Counted from the stretch's first letter, positions 7,703 to 14,759 are shown. The stretch: 18,596 bases of DNA from a virus (IMGVR_UViG_2703718820_000014), one strand, 5' to 3'. Made by a program: numbers and translations. Notes: generated from the sequence alone by a model not told the origin.

Positions 7703-7994
7703 TGGTTGCCTCCTGGAAAATAACCGCATGTCCCAGTTTCTCCGCCAGTGCCAGTTCTGCCTTAGCGCCTGCCGACCGCTGCCAGCCTTTCAGCATGTAA
7801 ATCGCATCCACGCAGCGTATCATCGCCATGCAAATATCCATGTAGTGTGGCTGTGTCAGTCCGTCCGGAAGTACTGCCGGGTTTAAAACGGTATGCCCTT
7901 CCCGTTTCAGTGCTTCTTCCGCCCTGTGAAACGCCTCACGGTTGAAATTTTCATATCCCGTCATCGGACCGGCGATATAAATTCTCACCCTCAC
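7689..7994 (-). CDS. DUF4406 / nucleoside 2-deoxyribosyltransferase-like protein
   Basis: 101 aa; the N-terminal [12 protein letters not shown] motif is typical of the DUF4406/NDT-like fold. GTG at 7994 overlaps the upstream stop (GTGA) with AGGAGGG upstream. Confidence 0.7.
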   Translation of the reverse strand: MRVRIYIAGPMTGYENFNREAFHRAEEALKREGHTVLNPAVLPDGLTQPHYMDICMAMIRCVDAIYMLKGWQRSAGAKAELALAEKLGHAVIFQEATSEKN

Positions 7995-8308
7995 GCCTGA
8001 ACCCTCCTGTCGAAATAAACGTAGTTATTCACTGCGCCCAACTTCATCCCAAACTTTTCGGCAATTTCCCGTCGGGGTACGCCACGCTGATGCAGTTGCC
8101 GCGCCAGCTCAATATCACGCTGTGAACATTTGGCTGACTGGTGATAATCACCCCGTAACATCATGCAGATACCCAGTTCCCGCGCTTTCGTCCTGACGGC
8201 AGCCCCACTACGGCCAATCAGACTGCCGATGCTTTCGACTGTCATCGTTCCCGCACACTGCCGGAGTATCATAATTTCCGCCCAGCGCCACTTCTTCCAG
8301 CCACTCAC
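7991..8308 (-). CDS. Putative HTH regulatory protein (tentatively GcrA-like)
   Basis: GTG at 8308 overlaps the upstream TGA stop. Two helix-turn-helix-like segments ([39 protein letters not shown] and [19 protein letters not shown]). Family assignment is tentative. Confidence 0.5.
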   Translation of the reverse strand: MSGWKKWRWAEIMILRQCAGTMTVESIGSLIGRSGAAVRTKARELGICMMLRGDYHQSAKCSQRDIELARQLHQRGVPRREIAEKFGMKLGAVNNYVYFDRRVQA

Positions 8309-9066
8309 CGCAGCAGCTCTCTGGTGGCGGTAATATCCCGGAGAATATCCCTGTGTTTGTTCAGTTCCCGCAGCGCGGCACAGACTCGCTCCCACTTCTG
8401 AACATCACTTTTCGCCCTGCGCAGCGCCAGGTTTGCCCTGCACAGGGACAGAAAAATCAGCTCATCTGCTTGCGTTTCGGTAAACGATGGCAACGACTGC
8501 ACAATGTCCGCCACTGTTTCTGTTTTAATATCTTCCTGTGTTGCAGATTCCTGTACTGGTAACGCAACACCTGCTGGCTGAGGAAAGGCCTTACCATCAT
8601 TTTCCGTTACCGGCACGGCTTTCGGCTCTGCTGGTAAATTATCGCCCGGCATGCAGTAACGAAATTTACCGTTCTGATTTACGCGTGCCAGGCGTCCCGT
8701 TGCGGTTACCACCGCCAACGTGGAAGCAACCTTGCGAATGCTAACACCGAACTTATCCGCCAGTTCCTCACACGTTTTAGCCCCCTCCTGACCGATAAAC
8801 TCAATCATCATGTCTGCGGTAACTTTTTGTTCGACCTCCCCGGTCAGCACATCCGGTACTTCAGACTGTTCTGGCTGCTCTTCGGTTACCCCGGATTCAC
8901 CTTCGCCAGCCAGAAACCAGATGTGACCCGCTTTATCAACAACGCCATTTCTTTTGAGTTCCCACAGTTCGTTGAGAACCTCTTCACGACTGATATCAAG
9001 CCGCTCAGCCAGTCCAACAGAGCTGGCTTTTCCCATTGCTTTCAGTGCGTCAAAAACGGTTTCCAT
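8305..9066 (-). CDS. Hypothetical phage protein with N-terminal winged-helix-like domain and acidic central region
   Basis: 253-aa ORF with ATG at 9066 preceded by AGGAGG at 8-nt spacing. Confidence 0.7.
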   Translation of the reverse strand: METVFDALKAMGKASSVGLAERLDISREEVLNELWELKRNGVVDKAGHIWFLAGEGESGVTEEQPEQSEVPDVLTGEVEQKVTADMMIEFIGQEGAKTCEELADKFGVSIRKVASTLAVVTATGRLARVNQNGKFRYCMPGDNLPAEPKAVPVTENDGKAFPQPAGVALPVQESATQEDIKTETVADIVQSLPSFTETQADELIFLSLCRANLALRRAKSDVQKWERVCAALRELNKHRDILRDITATRELLR

Positions 9067-9099
9067 TAAAATTTCCTCCTACAAAATCGCTTCTCAGAT

Positions 9100-9642
9100 T
9101 CAAATAAAACCAGCTGCCTTCCGGCGTTCGTATTCCTGTTTCAGCCATTCAATTGGCGTTGGCCCTTTCGGGTGTTTCGCCCCTTCCAGTTGTCGTCGCA
9201 CTGGCGGAACACTCATCCCGTTACCAACATGCTTTGCCCATTTCGTCAGTTGCCGTTCCGCAAGTCGTTTTAACTCACCCTGCGTCATCTGGCGCTCAAT
9301 CCCTCTGGTACGCATTTCGAGGCAGATGTGGTACAGCACAGGCTGTGGCCACGGGTATTTATCACTCCCGTCGTATCGCCAGGATTCATTGCGCCAGCGC
9401 CGGTACTCTTCCATCACGGCATCCACCGTAAGACCAAATGGATTTGCCCCACTCTCCGAAATCAGCGCAACAAACTCAGCCAGGTCCGGTGGCCACGTTT
9501 CACCCGCCCGGCAGCGGTCCATGCACTGACGACAGACCTGCCGGATTTGCTGTTCAGTCATCGCACCAATCTGGGCAATCCAGAGCTTCGAAGGTGCGGC
9601 CCCGTTCTTCTGAGTCCAGCGGTTCGAATACACCTCCCCCAT
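9100..9642 (-). CDS. Replication protein P-like (helicase loader); start uncertain (9762, 9642 or 9561)
   Basis: The C-terminal two thirds aligns by eye to lambda P (AEFVALISESGAN vs GQFVAWCREEASV; KYPWPQPVLYHICLEMRTRGIERQMTQGELKRLAERQL vs SYPWKSNAHYWLVTNLYQNMRANALTDAELRRKAADEL). The longest ORF overlaps the upstream gene by 208 nt. Confidence 0.7.
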   Translation of the reverse strand: MGEVYSNRWTQKNGAAPSKLWIAQIGAMTEQQIRQVCRQCMDRCRAGETWPPDLAEFVALISESGANPFGLTVDAVMEEYRRWRNESWRYDGSDKYPWPQPVLYHICLEMRTRGIERQMTQGELKRLAERQLTKWAKHVGNGMSVPPVRRQLEGAKHPKGPTPIEWLKQEYERRKAAGFI

Positions 9643-10564
9643 AAGCTCCCACAGCTTCCAGGCCGTTTCCGTTGCTGATAAATCCGTTGTCTCGTTCCCA
9701 CTGTTCGCGTGCTGCCCGGATTTCCTGAATTGCCCGTGATGCCGTGCCACCTGATGCTGCATGGCTTCCCCCCTTGCTGACTGGTTTTACCTGTGCCCTG
9801 ACGTGCTGCACGTGGCGGGCAAATTTCTGCTCCCACTGAACCTGTGTGAAAACCTTCCCCTCCGCCATCCAGTAATCCCGGAATGCGGCAAGCTCAGCAG
9901 GTGTAAATTCCGGCTCAGGCAGAGCCATACCCCACACTGCTGCCCGTTGTCGAAAATCCGGCGACGGCTGCCAGACAGTGGTCATCGAAAATTTCCCGAT
10001 CGGTTCGCTCAGGCCGTCCAGGTATTCAGGTTCGGCTGTCTGCAACGGCGCACCATGCGACTCACTGGTCGGAATACTCTCGCGTTCACGCACGTTATGT
10101 GTGGGGTTTAATTCTTTTAGATCTGTATCTTTATTAGTTGCTTTTGTGTTTGCGTCATGTTCAAACACAACACCAACATTTGTTTGAACACCTGTTAAAT
10201 CTCTCTCTTGTTTTGTTTGAACATATACTTCCTTTCTGCTTCTTCTGGCCTGAACAGATGCTTTTCCGGCGGCTGATTTTTTGGTCAATTTTTCCCTGAC
10301 TGATGCCAGATCTTCCTCAATCCGAAGATGCACCCATTCATCGCCGTTATCGCAAAAAAACTCCCGCAAGGATGGTTCCACATCAGCCCATCGCTCGTTA
10401 GTCAGACGGGAAATTTTTGCCAGCCTGTTTTTAGGTATTGGTTTCCCTGTTTGCCAGTAATTGAACATCAGCAACAAATACGCACCGTGCTCCTCTGCGG
10501 ACAAATGCATGGTGTCAGCCAGGTAATCAGCTATGTACAGTTGCATGTATGGTAATGCGGCCAT
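9554..10564 (-). CDS. Replication initiation protein, O-like (DUF1376/YdaU N-terminal domain with DnaT-like C-terminal domain)
   Basis: ATG at 10564 preceded by GAGG; N-terminus MAALPYMQLYIADYLADT is typical of DUF1376. The C-terminal region FTPAELAAFRDYWMAEGKVFTQVQWEQKF is DnaT-C-like. The track start at 10618 is a TTG. Confidence 0.75.
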   Translation of the reverse strand: MAALPYMQLYIADYLADTMHLSAEEHGAYLLLMFNYWQTGKPIPKNRLAKISRLTNERWADVEPSLREFFCDNGDEWVHLRIEEDLASVREKLTKKSAAGKASVQARRSRKEVYVQTKQERDLTGVQTNVGVVFEHDANTKATNKDTDLKELNPTHNVRERESIPTSESHGAPLQTAEPEYLDGLSEPIGKFSMTTVWQPSPDFRQRAAVWGMALPEPEFTPAELAAFRDYWMAEGKVFTQVQWEQKFARHVQHVRAQVKPVSKGGSHAASGGTASRAIQEIRAAREQWERDNGFISNGNGLEAVGAYGGGVFEPLDSEERGRTFEALDCPDWCDD

Positions 10565-10650
10565 AATTGCCTCATCTTGTGACGAACCATCCTCTGGTGA
10601 TATTCTGTGATTCCCCAATCAACAGAATCAGCAGGGGGCTGGCATAAATA

Positions 10651-11088
10651 TCAATGCACCACAACAGACTCGCCGGATGACCCGCCGTCGCTGAAATACG
10701 CTTTCCGGTAAACGGCCTGGACAGCATCATCATGTGCATCAATTGCCGTGCTCAACGCTTCCTGCGCCGCCAGTAATGCACGGCGCTCAACAGTGTCAAA
10801 AATACTGAGGTGATAACGCAGTTCACGCGGAAGAACAGTCAGGATAGCCGGAATTAGTGCCTGAATTTTTTCAACAGCATCAGGCGTATCCTTTTCAAGC
10901 CAGCGAAAAATATTTTGTATATTCAATCCAATACCCTCTGTCGTAGAGGTGTCATGCATTGGTGGATAAGTCATTTCAAGCTCAAAATATGCTGTCGCTA
11001 TATCATCAGCGATTTTTTTGCGCCCTACCCTCGGATAAAGCAGCCACGCATTCATCGCCATGCGGATGTGCTCATGCTTGATTTTCAT
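10651..11088 (-). CDS. YdaT-like protein (CII-position regulator)
   Basis: 145-aa ORF whose ATG overlaps the cro-like stop (ATGA). Placed by position and by resemblance to the Rac ydaS-ydaT arrangement. Confidence 0.65.
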   Translation of the reverse strand: MKIKHEHIRMAMNAWLLYPRVGRKKIADDIATAYFELEMTYPPMHDTSTTEGIGLNIQNIFRWLEKDTPDAVEKIQALIPAILTVLPRELRYHLSIFDTVERRALLAAQEALSTAIDAHDDAVQAVYRKAYFSDGGSSGESVVVH

Positions 11089-11345
11089 GAATCAACTCCC
11101 GCCGCTGCTTGTGCGTTAGCCTGATACTCAACAGGTAAACCATCGGTTGGATTAGGGTATTTATCAGGGCGCAATTCATGCGGAGTTACTCCCCAGTCAA
11201 GCGCCTCACATGCTGGTATAACCTCCTCCGCTGGCACTCGTTTTTTAAACCACCCACTTATGGTTTGCGGTGTTTTACCAAGACGACGCCCTAATTCTGA
11301 TTGGCTCATTATTGACAGGATTTTCACTTGAGTACTTTTTTGCAT
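11085..11345 (-). CDS. Cro-like HTH regulator (YdaS/DicC-type)
   Basis: 86 aa with an HTH (SQSELGRRLGKTPQTISGWF) and a YdaS-like LRPDKYP motif. ATG at 11345 with GGAGGG 5 nt upstream; divergent from the repressor gene. Confidence 0.75.
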   Translation of the reverse strand: MQKSTQVKILSIMSQSELGRRLGKTPQTISGWFKKRVPAEEVIPACEALDWGVTPHELRPDKYPNPTDGLPVEYQANAQAAAGVDS

Positions 11346-11374
11346 GTTTCCCTCCGAACTTTACGATGACACCG

Positions 11375-11420
11375 ATGATTACAAATTTAAATTTAAATTT
11401 CAACTTCTATTTGTAATGCC
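11375..11420. promoter_or_regulatory. Divergent promoter/operator region (OR-like)
   Basis: The operator-like motifs ATTACAAATTTAA (11378-11390) and inverted ATTTGTAA (11409-11416) recur at the early-left promoter. For the cro-like gene: TTGAAA, 16-nt spacer, TAATCA on the - strand. Confidence 0.45.
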
Positions 11421-11471
11421 ACTTATCAATTTTTTCTGTAGGATCGCGGAACTAGTTTACGAGGGGTGGTG

Positions 11472-11864
11472 ATGATCTTTGTAAAACGCCTTCAGCAGGT
11501 GTTGCAGGAATTGAATATAAACCAGTCAGAGCTGGGAAGACGTCTTGGTGTAAAACCCCAATCCGTGCAAGGTTGGTTGAAAGGCGTGATGCCAAGAATG
11601 GATAAACTGGAAAAATTAGCAGAGCTCTCACAACATCCCGTCCATTGGTTCTTTATGGAAGAAGAAACTCTCGGCGATAAAATGGCTGTATCCAGTAATG
11701 ACAACCAACCGCAACTTACAGAACAACAACGAAAAATCATATCGCTTTTAGATGAGTTACCTCAAAGCGACGCAGAGCAGATCATTCGTGATATGGAGCA
11801 AAAACGCGATTTCTATAAACGGAAACTTGAAGAGTTACTGCGGCAGAAAAACAAAACTGCCTGA
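11472..11864 (+). CDS. DicA/RacR-like prophage repressor (XRE HTH, no S24 peptidase domain)
   Basis: 130 aa from ATG 11472 with GAGGGG upstream. N-terminal HTH (NQSELGRRLGVKPQSVQGWLKG); C-terminal region resembles DicA as recalled (LLDELPQSDAEQ...EELLRQKNK). Confidence 0.8.
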   Translation: MIFVKRLQQVLQELNINQSELGRRLGVKPQSVQGWLKGVMPRMDKLEKLAELSQHPVHWFFMEEETLGDKMAVSSNDNQPQLTEQQRKIISLLDELPQSDAEQIIRDMEQKRDFYKRKLEELLRQKNKTA

Positions 11865-11894
11865 TGCATTCCTTTTCTGGAACGAGCATCAGGC
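11843..11894 (-). terminator. Candidate terminator hairpin between the convergent repressor and higA-like genes
   Basis: Perfect 9-bp arms gcctgatgc (11859-11867) and gcatcaggc (11886-11894) with a large loop; a T-rich tract follows on the - strand. Confidence 0.3.
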
Positions 11895-11910
11895 AAATGA
11901 CTAGCAGATT

Positions 11911-12270
11911 TTATAATCCAACCAGGCTTTCCAGGGGGATACCAAATTGATTATGAAGACGGCGAATCATTGGTAACGTAAGGCTTCTGGTACCATTCAA
12001 CACCTCATAAACCCGATTTTTTTTCCCAATTGCGGGTTCCAAATCTTTCACAGTCAGCCCCTGCTGTTCCATGCGAAATCTTATAGCTTCAATTGGGGAT
12101 GGTGGCTCAATGGGATAATGTTTTTTTTCATATTCCTCTATTAGCAAACACATCACCTCAAAAAAATCCCCCTCAGGCGTGTCAATTTCGGGCTCATTGT
12201 CGAACATGGGTTCAACAGCACGCAACGCGGCTTCATAATCTTGCTCTGTACGAATAGGTTTGATGTTCAT
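11911..12270 (-). CDS. higA: HigA-like antitoxin (HTH)
   Basis: 119 aa; motifs IKPIRTEQDYEAAL and GLTVKDLEPAIGKKNRVYEVLNGTRSLTLPMIRRL are typical of HigA. It begins 2 nt after the HigB-like stop. Confidence 0.75.
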   Translation of the reverse strand: MNIKPIRTEQDYEAALRAVEPMFDNEPEIDTPEGDFFEVMCLLIEEYEKKHYPIEPPSPIEAIRFRMEQQGLTVKDLEPAIGKKNRVYEVLNGTRSLTLPMIRRLHNQFGIPLESLVGL

Positions 12271-12272
12271 GC

Positions 12273-12575
12273 TTACTCCAGTTCGATGGTATCAGCATCA
12301 ATAGCATCGTATTCCTTGTGGTTTCCGATGAATTTAACAAATACCCATCCTCGCTGATACGCAATTGCAACAATTAAACGGTAATGATTACCTTTTATGT
12401 TGAATACCACGCGCCGGTTTTTCAATATACTGGCCGTTCGGTATTGTGCCTTAATGTCTGCTGGGCTTTTCCAGTCAGCTTTTGCCGCCTCATCCACCCA
12501 TGCCCTTAGCGGTTGTTCTGCATCAGGATTCTCCGCCCAAAAATCCCTGAGTGTTTTAACTGAGATAATCTTCAT
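12273..12575 (-). CDS. higB: HigB-like toxin (RelE/ParE superfamily)
   Basis: 100 aa from ATG 12575; VFNIKGNHYRLIVAIAY...FIGNHKEYD matches the HigB pattern. Toxin-first gene order as in higBA. Confidence 0.7.
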   Translation of the reverse strand: MKIISVKTLRDFWAENPDAEQPLRAWVDEAAKADWKSPADIKAQYRTASILKNRRVVFNIKGNHYRLIVAIAYQRGWVFVKFIGNHKEYDAIDADTIELE

Positions 12576-12581
12576 AACTGT

Positions 12582-12610
12582 ATAGTAGTCCCATTTTGGG
12601 ACTGATGCAA
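12582..12610 (-). promoter_or_regulatory. Candidate higBA-like promoter with embedded palindromic operator
   Basis: On the - strand: TTGCAT (12610-12605), 17-nt spacer containing the perfect palindrome GTCCCAAAATGGGAC (12588-12602), then TACTAT (12587-12582), ending 6 nt before the ATG. Confidence 0.4.
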
Positions 12611-12620
12611 CAGCTCGCAA

Positions 12621-12675
12621 TTACAAATTTAATAATAAACATGTTGACCAGTTAAATTTTAATTTGTAAATTGTA
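12621..12675 (+). promoter_or_regulatory. Candidate early-left (dicB-operon type) promoter with operator motifs
   Basis: TTGACC (12644-12649), 17-nt spacer, TAAATT (12667-12672), flanked by ATTACAAATTTAA (12620-12632) and ATTTGTAA (12662-12669), the same motifs as in the cro/repressor intergenic region. Confidence 0.4.
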
Positions 12676-12849
12676 TCCATAAACCCACCCCGCCCCACAG
12701 AACGCAGGGCAATACTTCGAGTTACCCGGCAGTGGTCAGGGGTTAAGTAGCCAGCCTGAGGCGTATGAACATGACGGCGGGGATTACGTTTAACTATGCA
12801 GCAGGTTTTTTGTTCCGCTACCCCGGCGTTAAGGGGAAATGAGGTCAAC

Positions 12850-13002
12850 ATGGATACGCTCAATCTTGGCAACAACGAATCTCTGGTATGCGGTGTGTTC
12901 CCTAACCAGGACGGCACGTTTACCGCGATGACGTATACCAAAAGTAAAAAGTTTAAAACCGAAGCTGGCGCGCGTCGCTGGTTAGCCAGAAACACTAACT
13001 GA
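12850..13002 (+). CDS. ydfA: YdfA-like small protein (50 aa)
   Basis: ATG at 12850 preceded by GAGGT. MDTLNLGNNESLVCGVFPNQDGTFTAMTYTKSKKFKTEAGARRWL matches the recalled Qin YdfA sequence. Confidence 0.6.
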   Translation: MDTLNLGNNESLVCGVFPNQDGTFTAMTYTKSKKFKTEAGARRWLARNTN

Positions 13003-13269
13003 TTAGCACCAGTAAAAACAGGTTGCCACTGGTTAATTTACCCTGAAAAGTCAGGGCACAACAGAAAGCACACGGCGAAGGCGTCTTTTCCTTAGAAGGC
13101 TTGTCGTTAGATTTCTTCGACCGTGTGCTTCCGGTTGTGGCAATCCGCGAAATGGCGCGGCGGTAAATATGGCTGGGGGTTTTTATTTCTTTTCCCCTCA
13201 TTGAGGACACCGGGTTGTCAGGTTGACCATATGCCTGAGTGACAACCCCGCCACAACATCTCCATGTTT

Positions 13270-13329
13270 CAATGGCAGTGGTACCTTTGGCGGCATCAGT
13301 TTATTAGCTTTCTGATGTCCGCCCTTTTT
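13270..13329 (+). ncRNA. dicF: DicF-like small RNA (cell-division inhibitory sRNA of dicB operons); ends approximate
   Basis: Stem ggcggcatcag (13289-13299) pairs with ctgatg-t-ccgcc (13312-13323), followed by T5 (13325-13329). The hairpin and its 3' flank closely resemble the recalled E. coli dicF locus; the 5' part is diverged. Confidence 0.55.
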
Positions 13330-13520
13330 AAAGTGAATTTTGTGATGCGGTGAATGCGGCTAAGCGCACGCGGAACAGTTAAAACCGTAAAGTGGTCTTT
13401 TACGGGGCGTAACGGGCATACTTCTGTATTCCGGCGTTAATTGTTAACTGGTTAACGTCACCTGGAGGCACCAGGCACTGCATCGACAAAGTTCACTTCG
13501 GTGATGAAAGGTAAGAGAAA

Positions 13521-14375
13521 ATGTTGAATGTAGCTATTGAAAACCAGAACGGGTGGAATTATAGTGCACCTGCACCTCATAAAACGGGTGCCGGGCGTGG
13601 AAACCCGATGATGATCAACGCGCATAACCGCGCTCAGGCGGTTTTTTTATGCGTCAAGCACAGCCACATTCAAATTATGGTGGGGCGTGCAGGGCAGCTG
13701 CAAGGCTGGCCGGCTCCGTTGGTCACCGGTATTTCCACCCCTGTACGTCTCACCACCTTTATGGTCGTGGAAAACCTCGGTGGTGAGTTATTTAAACTGA
13801 TCAACGAGGCTGCCATCATGGCTACTACCCTTACCCTTTCTCACCCTGACGTAACCATCGAAAATGGTCGCGCAGTCACCACGTCTGTTGCAGTTGCAGA
13901 GTTCTTCCACAAACTGCATAAAAACGTCATTCAAAAAATTGAAGCTCTGGAATGTTCCGACGAATTCACTGAGCTTAATTTTCAGCCCAGCGAATACACC
14001 GACACAACCGGGCGCAAACTCCCTATGTACCAAATCACCAAAAACGGCTTCGTTTTCCTGGTGATGGGCTTCACCGGCAAAAAAGCCGCTGCATTTAAAG
14101 AAGCCTACATCGCTGAGTTCGATCGCATGGAGAAAGAACTGCGCCAGAATAACGCCCCGTCTCCCGACAAAATGATTCACGGGGACGGACGTACCCTGGT
14201 TATCCGTCTCGACGAACACGGCAATATCAAATTCACTGAAACCGTTCCGGACGGCGCAATGGTCTGCACCCTGGATACCTTCCAGTTTTATCTGGAGAAA
14301 CAAGGCTGGACTCTTGTAAACCGGAGCGCAATTAAAAATATGACTGTGGAGCAATTACTAAAAATTCATTGTTGA
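13521..14375 (+). CDS. Rha-family phage regulatory protein (Rha domain starts near Met at 13818; 99 upstream codons are open in frame)
   Basis: The region MATTLTLSHPDVTIENGRAVTTSVAVAEFFHKLHKNVIQKIEAL...FVFLVMGFTGKKAAAFKEAYIAEFDRME is typical of the Rha N-terminal domain. ATG 13521 has a modest SD; ATG 13818 has GAGG 8 nt upstream. Confidence 0.7.
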   Translation: MLNVAIENQNGWNYSAPAPHKTGAGRGNPMMINAHNRAQAVFLCVKHSHIQIMVGRAGQLQGWPAPLVTGISTPVRLTTFMVVENLGGELFKLINEAAIMATTLTLSHPDVTIENGRAVTTSVAVAEFFHKLHKNVIQKIEALECSDEFTELNFQPSEYTDTTGRKLPMYQITKNGFVFLVMGFTGKKAAAFKEAYIAEFDRMEKELRQNNAPSPDKMIHGDGRTLVIRLDEHGNIKFTETVPDGAMVCTLDTFQFYLEKQGWTLVNRSAIKNMTVEQLLKIHC

Positions 14376-14385
14376 GGACGCGATA

Positions 14386-14574
14386 ATGGAAACGTTATTA
14401 CCAAACGTTAATACGTCTGAAGGGTGTTTTGATATTGGTGTTCTGCTCAGTAACCGGGAGTTTACTGAAGATGCCATTAAGATGAGAAAATATGAGCCTT
14501 ATCTTCTCAATGATAATTCCATACTCTCCAGAATTGCCCTTCTTAAACTTGGTATTTTCGGAGGGCAGCAGTGA
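14386..14574 (+). CDS. dicB: DicB-like cell division inhibitor
   Basis: 62 aa; the N-terminus METLLPNVNTSEGCFDIGV...FTEDAI matches the recalled Qin DicB sequence. ATG lies 10 nt after the Rha stop. Confidence 0.7.
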   Translation: METLLPNVNTSEGCFDIGVLLSNREFTEDAIKMRKYEPYLLNDNSILSRIALLKLGIFGGQQ

Positions 14575-14759
14575 CTTCTGCATTTGCACTGGTGATGACG
14601 GTTTTTCTTATAACGGGTGAGCCACAGAATGTGATTACCGGAATTTATGCCAGTAAAGAATCATGCCTCCGTGCAAGAGACGAGCAAAAAATTTCTGGCG
14701 AATGCCTCCCGTTAAAAAAAGTATCGCTGTACCTGAATAACGAAATACCGGCTGGATAA
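14571..14759 (+). CDS. ydfD: YdfD-like small membrane (lysis-type) protein
   Basis: GTG at 14571 overlaps the dicB-like stop (GTGA) with GGAGGG upstream. Hydrophobic N-terminal segment MTSAFALVMTVFLITG and a C-terminal NNEIPAG resembling recalled YdfD. Confidence 0.55.
   Translation: MTSAFALVMTVFLITGEPQNVITGIYASKESCLRARDEQKISGECLPLKKVSLYLNNEIPAG

Noticed and set aside
11085-11088. Interpreting the YdaS-like/YdaT-like pair as a toxin-antitoxin system
   Set aside because: Their position and coupling beside a divergent repressor fit Cro/CII-type regulators better; later work, as I recall, reinterpreted the Rac YdaS/YdaT pair that way.
12621-12995. 124-aa - strand ORF across the early-left promoter and the ydfA-like gene
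   Set aside because: It spans the predicted promoter and operator region and is antisense to a small gene with a good SD; low-complexity translation.
12995-13210. 71-aa basic - strand ORF in the structured leader
   Set aside because: No SD before either candidate start, and it is antisense within the early-left transcript; more likely a non-coding structured region.
13788-14354. 188-aa - strand ORF antisense to the Rha gene
   Set aside because: Shadow ORF opposite the Rha-domain coding sequence.
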